This document shows, piece after piece, positions 1 to 13,808 of a stretch of DNA of 64,000 bases. The stretch is from Scenedesmus sp. PABB004 (taxonomy: Eukaryota), in the NCBI GenBank assembly GCA_014905635.1, contig JABVCE010000023.1, positions 248,001 to 312,000 of the forward strand, in the 5' to 3' direction. A program made the position numbers and the translations under genes. Numbering within the stretch: the first letter of the stretch is position 1; every line of letters begins with the position of its first letter. The notes beneath the pieces are model-generated. The model did no database searches, was not told where the DNA came from, and saw nothing but the letters and a program-made list of their open reading frames with translations.

Positions 1-3000
1 CGACGACGACCTGCTGGAGGTGCTGGGCCAGGCGTCCAGCGCGGGCGTCATCCAGGCGCACCTCAGGAAGCTCTTCGCCGGCATCCACCGCGTGCGCGGC
101 GCGGCGCGGCACGCGTGCTGCGGCGCGGCGCGCGGGCTGCGGCGCCGAGTGCGCGCGCTCCTCACCCCCGACCGCGCCCCGCCGCCCTGGTCGCTGCCTC
201 GTCTTATGTCGATGACATCGTCAGGTGCGCTTCAGCGCGGACCAAGGCTCCATCGTCGCCATGCTCTCGGCCGAGGGCGAGGCCGTCGAGCTGGACGCGC
301 CGGTCAAGGTGCGCCAGAGGCATGTTGGCGCGGCCAGCAGCTGCGCACGCGCACGCCCCACGCCCCACGCCCCACGCCCCACGCCCCGTACCCCCCTCGC
401 GCGCGGCCGGCCGCAGGTGACGGAGACGGTGGAGGCCTGGCTGGAGTCCCTCACGGCCGCGATGCGCTCGACGCTGCGCGCGCGCCTCGCCGGCGCCGCG
501 GGCCTGGCCGACCCGTTTGCGCAGGCGCCTGGCCAGGTGCTGGGGCTGTACCACGCGCTCAGCTTCACAGAGCGGTGAGCGGCGCGGCGCGAGCGCGGCG
601 GGCCCCGGCGCGCGCCGGCGGCTCAAGCAGCGACCCCACCGCCGCCGCAGCGTCGAGGCGGCCATCGCGGCCGGCGCGCTGCCGGCGCTCGCGGCGGCGC
701 TGCGCGGCGAGCTCGCGGCGCTGAGCGTCAAGGACTGCAGCGGGCAGGCGGTGCTGCAGCTGAAGAAGCAGGGCCTCATCATCGACCTGCTGCACAGCGC
801 TGACGTGGTGGAGGGGCTGCTCGCCGCCGAGGGCGGCCCGCCGCGCAGCGCGGGCGACTGGGCGTGGAGCCGGCAGCTGCGGTACTACGCGGCCGAGGCG
901 CGCGCGCGGCGCGCCGGGGCTCCCCGGCGGGCGCGGCGGCGGGGCTGGCGCCGCGAGGCGCTTCCGGCTCGGCCGAGCGCCGCTCCCGCGGGCCGCCGCC
1001 GCTGCACGCGCAGGACGGCGGCGTGGGCGCGGAGATGGCGACGGCGTCGCTGGCCTACACGTGGGAGTACTCCGGCAACGCGCCCAAGCTGGTCGTCACA
1101 CCCCTGACGGACCGGTGCTTCCTCACGCTCACGCAGGCGCTGGCGCTCGGCTACGGCTGCAGCCCCTATGGCCCCGCCGGCACGGGCAAGACCGAGTCGG
1201 TCAAGGCCCTGGGCCAGGCGCTCGGCCGCCAGGCGCGTGGCGTGCGATGCCTCGGCCACGCGCGTGCGCGCGCGCAGGTGCGCAGCCGCCCACTCGCCGC
1301 GCACCGCTTGTCACACACACACACACAGGTGCTGGTGTTCAACTGCGACGAGGAGTTTGACGTGCGCTCGATGGGCCGCATCTTCGTGGGCCTGCTGCGC
1401 TGCGGCGCGTGGGGCTGCTTCGACGAGTTCAACCGCCTCGGCGAGGACGTGCTGTCGGCGGTCAGCCAGCAGGTGCAGGCCATCCAGGCGGCGCTCAAGG
1501 ACGGCGCGCCGACGCTCGCGTTTGCGGGGCATCAGGTCACGGTCGACCCCGCGGCCGCGCTGTTTGTCACGCTCAACCCAGCGGGCAAGGGCTACGGCGG
1601 GCGCTCCAAGCTGCCCGACAACCTCAAGCAGATGTTCAGGCGCGGCGCGCGCGCGCGCGCGGGGCGCCGCCGCCGCTGCGGCAGGGCCCGCGCCGGACTC
1701 CCGGCCCGCGCGCGAGCCCCGCCGCCGCCGCGCCCGCGTCGGCCGCCAGGCCCATCGCCATGTCGGCGCCGGACAACGGCCTCATCGCCGAGGTGCTGCT
1801 CGCGAGCGAGGGCTTTGGCGGCGCCAAGGCGCTCGCGGCCAAGCTCGTGTCGCTGTTTGCCCTCGCGGGCGAGGGCCTCTCGCGGCAGGCGCACTACGAC
1901 TGGGGCCTGCGCGCGCTCAAGACCTGCCTCGGCGCGGCGGGGCGCCTGCTGCGCCAGGTTTGTGTGTGTGTGTGTGGGGGGGGGGGGCAGGAGGGCGTGG
2001 CGCTGGGGACGCGCCGCGCCGACGTGCCCCGCCGCGACGCGCCGCGCGCCGCAGCACCGCGCGTCTGGCGGCGCGGCGCAGGAGGCGTCGGCCGAGGCGG
2101 GCGTCGTCGTGCGCGCGGTGTGCGGCATCAAGCTGCCCATGCTGACGTTTGAGGACGTGTCCCGCTTCCGGGCGCTGCTGGGCGACGTCTTCCCCGGCGT
2201 CCCCGCGAGCGACGCGACCAACCCGGCGCTCGAGGCGGCGCTGGCCGACGCGGCGGCGGCGCTGGGCCTGGCGCTCACGCGGCAGCAGGTCGAGCGCGTG
2301 CTGCAGCTGCACCTCGCGTGCGAGCAGCGCACCGGCGTGATCATCATGGGCCCGAGCGGCAGCGGCAAGTCGACGCTGTGGCAGGTGCGCCGATACCTGA
2401 ACCCACAACCCTGAGCCCTGCTGACCTTGCTGCCCCACGCGCGCCTGGCGGCGGGCGGGCCGCCGCCGGGCTCGCGCCGCCGCCGCCGCGTCGCCACGAG
2501 CGCGCCCGCGCGTGCCCCCCTGCGCGCAGGTGCTGGAGGCGGCGCTCGGCCGGCTGGGCTGCGCGCCGGTGGTGCACCGCATGAACCCCAAGGCCATGCC
2601 CCGCCAGCAGCTGCTGGGCAGCCTCAACCTCGACACGCGCGAGTGGAGCGACGGCGTGCTCACCGCCGCCGCGCGCAGGGTGCGCCCGCCGCGCGCGCCC
2701 CCCGCGCGGCCACGCTGTGTGCCGCGCCGCGCCGTTGATGGCGCGCGCGCCCGCGCAGGTCGTGGCCGAGCCGCCGAAGCAGCGCAGCTGGATCGTGTGC
2801 GACGGCGACGTGGACCCGGAGTGGATTGAGAGCCTGAACAGCGTGCTGGACGACAACCGCCTGCTCACGATGCCACACGGCGAGCGCATCCAGTTTGGTG
2901 CCAACGTCAACCTGCTGTTCGAGTGCGACAGCCTCGCGTGGGCCTCGCCTGCCACCGTGTCGCGGTGCGCGCGCGCCGCCGCCGCCCGCGCGCTCCTGTC

Positions 3001-6000
3001 CCGCCGCCGCGGCGCGGCGCCCGGTCGCCGCAGACGGCGCGGCCGGCCCGGCGCCGACGCCGCCCCTCTCCCTGCCCCGGCAGCTGCGGTATGCTTCACA
3101 TGTCTGACGCCGCGGTGGACCACGGCGCCGTGCTCGCGCGCTGGCTCGCCGCCCGCCCGGGCGCCGACCCGGCCGGCCGCGCGGCGGAGTGGTTAGGCGC
3201 CCTTTTCCCCGCCGCGCTCGACCTCCTCGCCGCGGCGCAGCCCACGGTCGTCGTGCCCACCACGCGCTTCGGGCTGCTGGGCAACGTGCTGAGCCACCTC
3301 GGCGGCGGCGTGCGCTGCGCCGCCGACGTCGTCGCCGCGCTCGGGCGCGGGCTTGGCTTCACGCTGCCGCCGCAGCACCGCCGGGGCTTTGTGGCCGCGC
3401 TGCAGCGGTGAGCGCTGCGGCCGGGCGGCTCAGCTGGCCGGCCACGCGCGCGCAGCGCCCGCGCACTCACGCTCACCCGGCGCCCGCAGGCTGGCGGGGC
3501 CCGACGGCGCCGGCGGCGACCCGCTGGCGGTGCCGCCAGGCGACGACCCGCTCGCGGTGCCGCCAGGCGACGACCCGCTCGCGGCGCTGGACGCCGCCGA
3601 GGGTCTCGGCGGTGCGCTCGGCGCGGAGCTGCTGCTGGGCGGTGCTGGGCCTCGGGGCCTGGAGCACCTGGACCACCGGCTCATGCCCACAGACGACATA
3701 CGCGCGCTGCTGGCGGTGCTCGCGCCGTGGCTGGCCGAGCAGCAGCCCTTCCTGCTGGTGCGGGGGCTGGAGGGGGGGGGGGCGAGGTGGAGAGAGGGGG
3801 GGGTGCCGAGCTGGGTTGGCCGCGCGTGGCGGCTGAGCAGTCACCGCCGGGCCGAGCTGCCGACCCGCCGCCCGACCCGCCGCCGCGGCCGCCGGCGCCG
3901 GCGCAGGTGGGGCCCGAGGGCTGCGGCAAGTCCACGCTGCTGGACTATTGCTTCGCCCGCCTGCCCGGCCGCGTGACGGTCGCGACGGTGGCCTGCAGCG
4001 CGGCGACGGGCGCCGACGCCGTCATCCAGCGCCTGCTCGCCGCGTGCGGCAAGCCCGTGACGACGGCCGCGGGGCGCTGCCTGCGCCCCGACGGCGGGCG
4101 CCGCGTCATCCTGCATCTGAAGGACATCAACCTCCCGCGGTGAGGCTCCCGGGGCGCCGCGCACGGGCCGGCTCCGCGCTGCTCAGACGTGCGGGAGCAC
4201 GCGCGCCGCGCCGGCCGTCACCCCGCCGCCCGTCACCGCCCGCCGCCGCGGCGCCGCCGCGCCGGCCGCCGCCCCGCGCGCAGGCCCGACAAGTACGGCA
4301 CGCAGCAGGTGGTCGCGTTTGTGCAGCAGCTGCTCACGCACGGCGGCTACTACGACGCGGGGTCGCTCGAATTCATCCGCGTCGAGCGCGTGACGGTCGT
4401 GGCGAGCATGGTCCCCGGCGACGCGGGCGCCGCGGCGCTCAGCACGCGCCTCACCGCGCGGCTGCGCACCGCGGTGATGGCCCACCCAGACGGCGCCCAG
4501 CTGGAGGCGATCTACGGCCGCATGGTCCAGCAGGTCTTTGGCGCCAGCCCGCTGAAGCAGGCGGCGGCGCTCGCGGCCGCGGCGCCCAGCCTGGCGCGGG
4601 CGATGGCTCAGGTCTACCGCCAGGCGGCGGTGGACATTGGCGCCGGCGGCGGCGCCGGCGGGGCGCGCTGGGCGTTCGCGCCCGCGTTCACGCCGCGACA
4701 ACTCACGGCGTGGGTCCAGGGCCTGCAGCGGTGAGCGTGCGCACGCGCCGAGGCGGGCGGCCCAGCCGACGCGGCACGCGGGTGCACCAAACACCCGCCG
4801 CCCGCGCCGCGCCGCGCAGGTACGACCTTGCGCTGGTGGACGGTGTCGAGGCTGTGGCCGCGGAGGGCCTGGCCACCTTTGGCGGCTGCCTGCCCGACGA
4901 GGCAGCGGCGCGGCGCCTGGAGGAGATGATGCTGGGCGCGCTGCGCAGCTGCCTCGGCTACCGAGGCGCGCGGCGGGCAGGCGGGGCGGGCGCGGCGCGC
5001 GCGGCGCCGCCGCTGCGGCCCAGCGGCTGAGCGTGCGCGCGCCGCACTGCCGCGCAGGTGGCCTGCCGGCGCACCACTTCACCAGCCTGGCCGCCAGCCC
5101 CGACGCGCGTGCCGCGGCCGCGGGGCAGGCGATGCCGCTCACGCGGTGGGGCGGCGACGAGCTGCGCGGCATCGTCGCGGGCCACGTGCGCAGCTTCAGC
5201 CGCGAGGTGGCAGACCTGCCGCTGCTCATGGTGCCGCAGGTGCGCGGCGGCAGCGGGCCGGTCGTCAACGCCACCGCCTCGCGCGGGTGCGAGCGGCCCA
5301 TCACGCCGCCTCGCCGCCGCCGCCGCGCGCAGGCCCTGCAGCGCGTCGTGGCGCTGGACCGCTGCCTCTCCGCGCCCGGCGGCGCGGTGCTGCTGTGCGG
5401 CCCCGCCGGCAGCGGCCGCCGCAGCCTGGCGCAGCTTGTCGCGCACGCGCACGGCCTGCGCTGGTGGAGCCCCGCCGTCGCGCGCCGCTTCGACGCGAGC
5501 GCCTTCAGGGGTGAGCTCAAGGAGGTGCTGCGCACGGCAGGGCTCGCCGGCACGCCGCTGCTGCTGTACCTGGAGGAGCGCCACCTCGCGGACGACCCGG
5601 GTGTGGCGCGCTCGTGGGAGTGGTGCTGCCGCGCCGGCGGCGGCGCCGCCGCCCCTCAAGGAAGTGGCCGGTCGGCGGCCGCGGCCTCGAGCTGACCGCG
5701 TGCCCGGCGCCTGCATGCCGCAGGCGTGCTGGAGCTGCTCAACGGCCTGCTGTCGGGCGGCGAGGTGCCGAGGCTGTTTGGCGCGGACGAGCTCGCCAAG
5801 GAGCTGGCGGCGCTGGACGCGCGGCGCGACAAGGACGCGAGCTATACGGTCAGCGCCGCCGCGCGCCGCACTCGCCGCGCGGCCTGGCCCAGGGCTGCGC
5901 GCGGCTGACGCGCCCCTCGCCGCCGCGCGCCGTGCCGCCGCCGCAGGGCCCGCCCAACAGCCACGCGTACTTCCTGGCCTCCCTGCGGCGCAACCTGCGC

Positions 6001-9000
6001 GTCGCGGTGGCCATGGACCCGGGCGCGGAGGGCTTTGCAGCCCGCCTGGACCAGAACCCCGCGCTGCTGACCGCGTGCCACGCGCTGTGGTGGCAGGGCT
6101 GGAGCGCCGACAGCCTGCAGGCGATCGCGCAGGAGCGGCTGCAGGTCCGGAGGCGCGCGCGCGCGCGTGCCTGGCGCGGCGCGCGCGGCTCATGCCGCCG
6201 GGGCTGCCCGCAGGGCGCGCTGGCCTCGCTGGGCGTCTCGGACGAGGAGCGCGGCAGCCTGGTCGGCGGCCTGCTGGGGCTGCATGCCTCGGCCGCCGCG
6301 CAGCTGGGCGCGGCGCCGCGGTCGTTCATGGCAGCAACGGACCTCTACGCCGCCACCGTGGCCGCCAAGCGCGCGCAGCTGCTGGAGCAGCAGCAGTTCC
6401 TGCAGGCGCGCGCGCGGGGCCGAGCGACGGAGCGAGCGGTCGGTTGGCCGTCGCGGCGGCGTTGCTGCGGCGGCTGACGCGCTCGCCGGGCCGCCGTGCC
6501 GCGTTCGCAGAGCGGCCTGGCGCGGCTGGCGGGCGCCGCGTCCACGGTCGACGAGCTCAGCCGCCAGGCGGAGGCGCAGCGCACGCTGCTGGGCACCAAG
6601 CAGGCCGAGGCTGACACCGCGCTCAGCTTCATACAGGCGCGCCGGGCGGAGCTGACGCGGCGCCGCGATCGGCGGCACCCTTCGTGCCCCCTCTCACCAC
6701 AACCGCCACGGCCACCGCCCGCGCCCGCAGTCGTCCATGGAGGCCGCCGCCGACCGGCGGCGCGAGGTGGAGCAGCTCCGCACGCAGCTGGGCGTGAGCG
6801 AGGCCACGCTGCAGCAGCAGCGCGGTGAGCGCGCGCGCGCGCGCGCGCAGGCCTCGTCCGTCGGCGCGTGCGGCGCACCGCCCCGGGCGCTGACGCGCGG
6901 CTGCGCACGCGCACGCCCGGCCGCAGGTGGCGTGGAGGCGCAGCTGGCAGAGGTGCAGCCACTGATCGATGCTGCGCGCGCCGCCGTCGGCGGCATCAGG
7001 ACGGACCACATCAACGAGGCGCGCACGCGGGGCGGGGGGGGGGGGGCGCTGTGCGGTGCACGCAGCCGCGGCCCCGCCCGGCCCGCACCGCCTGGCCGCC
7101 GCCGAGCGCCGCCGCCGCCGCCTGCTGTGTGCGCGTGTGCGCGCGCGCGCACCGCAGGTCCGCAGCCTGCGCATGGCGCCTGACGTCATCCGCGACGTGC
7201 TGGAGGGCGTGCTGCTGCTGATGGGCTGCGAGGACGTGAGCTGGGCGGCGATGAAGGCGTTCCTGGGCAAGCGCAGCGTGAAGGACGACATTCTCAGCTA
7301 CGACGCACACAGGCGCGCGGCGCGCACCACGCGGACGGACGGACAGCAGGGCGCGCCGCGGCGATTGCAGGGCGCGCGCGCGGCCACTGGCGCTGTGCGG
7401 TCGCCGGAGCGGGCCGCCGAGGCGGTGACCCCGCTCGCCGGCGTCCGCCGCGGGGCGCAGGATCCTGACCACGCCCGGGCTGCGGGGCAAGCTTGAGCGG
7501 CTGATGGCGGCCAAGGGCGCGTCGTTTGAGCGCGACGCCGCGTACCGGGCCAGCCAGGCCGCGGGTGCGTGCGCGCGCGCGGGGCACGCCCGGCCGGGCG
7601 GCACGCCCTGCGCGCGCGCCGACGCTGGCACCGCCCCGCGGCGCCCGCAGGCCCTATGGCAGTGTGGGTGACCGCCAACCTTGCGTACAGCCAGGTCCTG
7701 AAGCAGATTGCGCCGCTGGAGGCGGAGCTGGCGGGCGTCACGGCGGGGCTGTCGGACAGCCAGGCGCGGCTGGGGCAGTGCCAGGAGGAGCTGGGCGTGC
7801 TGGACGACCAGGTGCGTGTGTGCGCGCGCGTGCACAGCACACCGCCCGCCGCCGGTCTGACCGCGGCGCCGACGGTCGCGCGACCGTGCCGCTGCGCACC
7901 AGGTGCTGCGCCTCAAGTCAGAGTTTCAGCTGCGCATCCGGGAGGCTGAGGCGCTCAAGCTGGAGCTCGCGCGCGCAGAGGGCACGCTCGCCGCGGCGTC
8001 GGGTGCGCGCGGCGCCGGCGGCGGCGTGCCTGGGGCGCGCGGCTGCGCTCACCAGCCCCCTCCTGCCGCCCCCGGCGCCGCCAGACCTGCTGGGCAAGCT
8101 TTCGGGCGAGCGCGAGCGCTGGGGCCGGCAGCTGGCGGGCCTGGACGGCCAGCTGGCCGAGCTGCCGCGCCTCGCGCTGCTCGCGGCTGCGGCCATGACG
8201 CACCTCACGCCCCACCCCGAGGACGTGCGCGACGGCGTGCTGTCGGGCTGGGCACGGTGCGCGGGCGGGGGTGGGCGGTGGGGGGGCTGCCGGGCGCGTG
8301 CTGTGTGTATGCGCGTGGGGGGCGCCTTGGACGGCTGCTGACCCACCGCCCCGCGACGCGCAGGGAGCTGGGGCTGCCTGGCTTCAGCCTGGCAGCCTTC
8401 ATGGCCAGCGAGGGGACGCAGCTCACGTGGCAGGGGCAGGGCCTGCCCGGCGACGCGCTGTCGGCGGACAACGCAGTCGCGATCTTGCACAGCCTGCGGC
8501 CGCCGCTCGTGATCGACCCGTCCTCACAGGTGACACTCGGGGCTGGTCCGGCCAGGGGGGCGTTGGCTTGCGCGCGCCGCCGCGCACGTGACCCCGCCGG
8601 CGGTGCCGCCTCGCCCTCACAGGCGATCGACTGGCTGATCGCGCACCTCAGGGCCGCGCAGGCCGAGGCGGGCAGCGCCGCGGCGGGGCTGGAGGTGGTG
8701 CCTGCGCACGACCCACACTTTGCCAACGCGCTGGAGCTGGCCGTGCGCTTCGGCAAGGTGTGTGCCTGCTGTGCCGGCACCGGCGAGCCTCGGCCCTCGG
8801 CCAGCGCCGGGGCGCCGAGCGTGGCGGCCCCTGCCTGGTGCACACCCGCGCTGAGCCCACGCGCGCACGCACGCGCGCGCGCTGCGGCAGGTGCTGGTGG
8901 TGTCCGAGGTCGACCGGCTGCCGCCCCTTCTCTACCCGCTGCTGCGCGGCGAGCACGTGAAGCAGGCGGGCCGCCTGGTGCGTGCGCCGCTCGCGTTGCG

Positions 9001-12000
9001 CCGACACGGCGGCACGTGTGCGGCGCAGCGCTGACGCGCGACGGTCGCGCGGCGCAGGTCGTGGCCGTGGGCGAGCGCCTGGTGGAGCTGAGCCCCGGTT
9101 TCAAGCTGTACCTCGTCACCCGCGACGCGGCGCCACGCCTGCCGCCCGACGCCGCGCCGCTGCTGACGGTCGCCAACTTCAGCATCACGCGCGGCGGGCT
9201 CGAGCGTGAGCGGCCGCCGGAGCGGCACGCGCGGCGGCAGCCGTGGTGCCGGCGCGCCCCTGGCGGCAGCGCCGCCGCGGCCGGCCGGCCGCGCGCTTTA
9301 TGACGAGCCCCCCCCTCTCCCCCTGGCCGCCTGCAGGCCAGCTGCTGAGCGTGACGCTGCAGCACGAGCAGCCGGAGCTGGAGGCGCGCCGTGCGGCGCT
9401 GCGCGCGAGCGAGGTGGGGCTGAAGCTGCAGCTCGCGCAGCTGGAGAAGGCGCTGCTGCAGGCGCTGGCCAGCAGCAGGTGCGTGTGCAGACGCACGCGC
9501 GCGGGCTCGGCGCGCGCGCGTGCGCTCAGTCGTCGGCTGCGGCGCGCGGCGCGCCCCGAGCGCCGCCGCCGCGCCGCGCCCGCGCGCAGCGGCAACCTGC
9601 TGGAGGACCGGGCCCTGCTCGCCTCGCTCAACGACACCAAGGCCCAGGCCAGCAGCGTCGCCGCGGCACTCGCCGACGGCGCGGCGCTCGCGGCGGCGCT
9701 CGACGAGCAGCGCGGCGCGTACAGGCGCGACGCGCGCGCGCGCGCCTGCGCGCCCGCCCCTCGCCCGCCGTGCTGCTCTTGGCGACGCGAGCCCCGCCCC
9801 CGCCCCCGCTCGTCGCAGGCCGCTGGCGGCGCGCGGCAGCCTGCTGTACTTTTCGCTGCTGGGCCTGCGGCGGCTGGACTCGATGTACTGCTTCAGCCTG
9901 GGGGTGAGGGCGACGCGAGGCTGCCGCCGCACGCGTGCGGGTGTCAGTTGAGCTCCTCCGACTGCCCTGACCGCCCTGACCACCGCCCCGCCCCCTCGAC
10001 CGCGCTCAGGCGTTCATGGGAACGTTCCGGCGCGTCTTCAGCGCCGCGCCGCCGGCGGCCGGCCCCGGCGCGAGCGGCGGCGGCGCCGACCTCGCGGCGC
10101 GCAACGCGCTGCTGTGCGACGTGCTGCTGGAGCTGGTGCACGCGGGCGCGGCACGCGCGGTGCTTGCGCGCGACCAGCTCCCGCTCGCGCTGCACCTCGC
10201 GCGCAGCCTGCTGCCCGAGCAGTTTCCCTCGGACGAGTGGGCGGTGCTGCTGGCGTGCAGCAGCTCCGCCGGGGGCGGCGCCGCCGCGGCCGGCAGCGGC
10301 GAGCTGCCCGCGAGCGCGGGCGGCCTGCACGGCAGCGCGCCGGCCGGCTGCCCGAGCTGGGTTGGGCCGGACCGGGCGGCGGCGTACGAGCAGGTTGCCG
10401 CCTCGCTGCCCGGCCTCGTCACGGCGGCGGCGCTGCACGACGCGCGGCTGTGGGCGCCCTGGGCGTCGGCGACCGACGGCGACTGCACTCCGCCGGGCGT
10501 CGCGGGGCGGCTGCGACCGCTGCAGCAGCTCGTGCTGGTGGCTGCCTTCCGGCCCGAGTGGTGAGCTGGGCGGGGGCCCGGGCGGCGCGGGCGGCGCTGC
10601 CCTGCCTCGGCACCCGTCACCGCCGCGTCAACCGCCGCGCGCTGCCGCAGCCTGCCGGCCGCCGCCGCCAAGCTGGTCGGCGGCCTGCTGCGCCTGCCCA
10701 GCCTCGCGCCGGCGCCGCTGAGCGTGCGGGCGCTGCTGGAGGGCGAGCGCGGCGGGACGGGGGCCGCCGGCGGCGGCGGCGGCGGCGGCGCTGGGCCGCG
10801 GGAGCCGCTCCTCTTCATCACCACGCCCGGCGCCGACCCCAGCCAGGACATCGCGGCCTATGCAGACGGCCAGGTGCGGCCGCGCCTGCACTGCACTGCG
10901 CTTCGCGCCTGTGGGGTGCGCCGCCGTGCCCGCCGCGCGCCCGAGGCGCGCGCGGCGCCTCTGACCTCCGCAGGCCGGCCGCGCGCGGCTGCACGAGGTG
11001 GCGATGGGCCAGGGCCAGGCCGAGGTCGCGCTGCAGCTGCTGCGCGAGTGCGCCGGCAGCGGGGACTGGCTGCTGCTGAAGAACCTGCACCTGGTCGTGG
11101 GCTGGCTGCCGACGCTCGAGGTTGCGGTGCACAGCCTCGGCGGCAGCGCGCACCCGGGCTTCCGGCTCGTGCTCACGAGCGAGCCGCACGCGCACTTCCC
11201 GCCCTCCCTGCTCGAGGCGGCGGTCAAGGCGCGGCGCGGCCGCCCCGCCTAGCTGGGGCGTGCGCGCGACGGCCCGCGCGCGGCCGCCCCGGCGACCGGC
11301 GCCCGCCCGCCCGCCCGCCCGCCTGCAGGTCGTGTTTGAGGCGCCGCCGGGGGTGAAGCGGAACCTTCAGCGCACGTACGCGTCTTGGAGCACCGACTAC
11401 CTGGCCGGCCGCGCGGGCGGCGCGCCGCCCGTGCCGGCCGCGCTGGTCCCGCTGCGCGCGCAGCTGCTCTTCCTGCTGGCCTGGCTCAGCGCGCTGCTGC
11501 AGGAGCGGCGCAGCTACGTGCCGATCGTGAGCCGGGGGGCAGGGCGGGGCGAGGCGCGCCGCCGGCGCCAGCTACGCGCGGCGCCCCGCCGGTGTGCGCC
11601 TCGCCGGCGCGACCGGTCGCGCCGCCGCCCTCGGCCGCCCGCGCGCGCCGCCTGGGCGCAGGGCTGGGCCTCGGCGTACGACTTTTCGCTCGCCGACCTG
11701 CGCGCGGGTGCGGATGTGGTGGCCCGCGCCGCGGCGACGTGCGGGCCGGCCGGCCCCGACTGGCGCGAGCTGCTGGGCCTGCTGGGCGTCGTCTTTGGCG
11801 GCCGCGTCGACGCGGCGCAGGACGCCAAGGTGGGGCGCCGCGCGGCAGCGCGCCGACGCGCTGCGCGGCCAGCGGGGCGACGCGGCGGCACCCGCACCCG
11901 CGCGCCCACAGGTGCTGCTGGCGCACCTGGCGAGCGTGGTCAGCCCCGACCTGCTCACCGCGCTGCCGCCGGCAGCGGGCGGCGGCCAGCGCGGCCGCCG

Positions 12001-13323
12001 GCGCCTGCCGGGGCTGCCCGCGGACAGCCCGCTGCCGTGCTCGGGCGCCAAGGCGGACTGGCAGGCCTTTGTTGACGCGCTGCCCGACGCCGACGCGCCG
12101 GAGCTCTTCGGCCTGCCCGCCAACATCGGGCGCTCGCTCGCGCTCGCCACGAGTGGCCGCCTGCTGGCCTCGCTGCGCGCCATGGGCGCGGCGCAGGGCG
12201 CGGCCGCGTTTGACCGCGCCGCGTGGGCGGCGCCGCTGGCGCCGCTGATGCTGCTCTGGCAGCAGCTGCTCGCGCAGGCGCCGGCGCCGCTGCGCGCGGC
12301 GGCGGCGGGCGGCCGCGGCGCGGCCGGCGAGGCGCCGGCGGGAGCCGCCGCTGGCGGCGCGGCGTGCGCGGCCGGCCCGGTGGAGAGCTTTGTTGCGCTC
12401 GAGCGCGCGCTCGGCGCGTCGCTGCTGCGCACGGTGGCGGGGACCATGGCCGGGATCGCTGCCGTGCTGGCGGGCGAGGCAGAGCCCAGCGCGGCGGTGC
12501 AGGCACGTCCGCGGACTGTGTGGGGGGGGGGGGGGCACTGGCCGTTCCCGCCCGCGCCGCCGCTGCCGGCGTGCCCCGCTGACGAGCGCGCGCGCCGCCG
12601 GCGCCACCGCAGGCCGACGCGGCGGCCCTGATGCGGGGCGAGGTCTGCGCCGCCTGGGACGCGGTCTGGGAGGGCCCCGCCGCGCCGGCCGACTACCTGC
12701 GGGCCGCGGCGCGCAAGGCGGCGGCGCTCGAGGGCTGGGCCGCGTCCGCGGCGCAGCCCGGCGGCCTGCTCGCCGCGGCCAGCGCGGCCGCGCCGCTCGA
12801 CCTGGGCGCGCTCTTCCGGCCGGCGGCGCTGCTCAACGCCCTGGCGCAGCAGGCCTGCCGCGCAGGCGGCGTGGCGCTGGGCGAGCTGCGGCTCGTGAGC
12901 TGCTGGCCGGGCGGCCGCCTGCCGGCGGGCTGCCCGCTGTCGGTGCACGTCTGCGGGCTCGCGGTCGCGGGCGCGCTGTTCGACGGCCGCCGGCTCAGCC
13001 CCGCCTGGCAGGCGCGCGCGGCGGCGGGGCGCGCGGGCGGCGGCTGCCTGCCTGCACGCGCGCGCGCGCGCGCGCGCTCGCCACGCTCAGCCGCGCGCGC
13101 GCGCTCGCAGGACTCGCCGGTCGCAAGCGCCGCGCCGCCGTGCGTGCTGGCGTGGCTGCCGGCGGGCGCGGAGCACCCCCACGGCGCCGGCGCGCTGCGC
13201 GTGCCGCTCTACGCGCGGACCGAGGACCGGCGCCGCGCCGTGGCGCACCTGCAGCTCCCCGCGGCGCCGGGCGAGGAGGAGGCCTGGACGCTGGCGGGCG
13301 TCGCGCTGCTCCTGCAGGCCTGA
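1..13323 (+). CDS. DHC1b: Cytoplasmic dynein-2 (IFT/retrograde) heavy chain, 5'-truncated by the window edge; about 43 exons
   Basis: The spliced translation gives [10 protein letters not shown]...[44 protein letters not shown]1 [17 protein letters not shown]...CFDEFNRL...[17 protein letters not shown]2 [11 protein letters not shown]...[23 protein letters not shown]3 [14 protein letters not shown]4 [12 protein letters not shown], then stalk, AAA5/6 ([29 protein letters not shown]) and stop TGA at 13321-13323. The GPEGCGK and G..GRR loops match the DYNC2H1/DHC1b subtype as I recall it. Confidence 0.93.
3518..3584 (+). repeat. 27-bp coding tandem repeat (about 2.5 copies) encoding DPLAVPPGD in dynein
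   Basis: The unit gacccgct(g/c)gcggtgccgccaggcgac is repeated in frame within an exon between AAA2 and AAA3. Confidence 0.85.
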
Positions 13324-13808
13324 GAGGGCGGGCGGGCCCTGGGCGCGTCGCCGCCGCCCGCCGCCTGCGGCGTTCGAACGGTCGTCATTTCGCGGCGCCG
13401 CGAGGTTTTTTGCCCACCGCCGCCCCAGCCCGCGCACTTGGGCCCGCACCAGCCGCCCACGGCTAGCAGGCAGCGCCACGCGCCGCGCCGCTCGCACCGC
13501 GCCGGCAGCAGACGCGGCGCCCGCCGCCGTGCGCGCGATGGCCACTGCCCGCGGGGACGCACGTGTTGCGCGCGTCTGATCGGGGTGAGCCCAGGGAATC
13601 GCGCGCCAGGGGCCGGCGTGGGGCGCGCACGGCGCTGCGAGCAGCGGCGGCGGGCCGGCGCGGCTCACAGGGGCCGCTGCCGCCGCGAGCGGCCCCGGCA
13701 CATCGACGGGCGCGGTGGCGGGGTGCCACCGCGCCGGGGCCCGCGGCTGCCGCGCAAGCTCAGCAGCCCCCCGCGCCGCCGCCCGCGCAGCACAGCGCGC
13801 CGTCCGCC

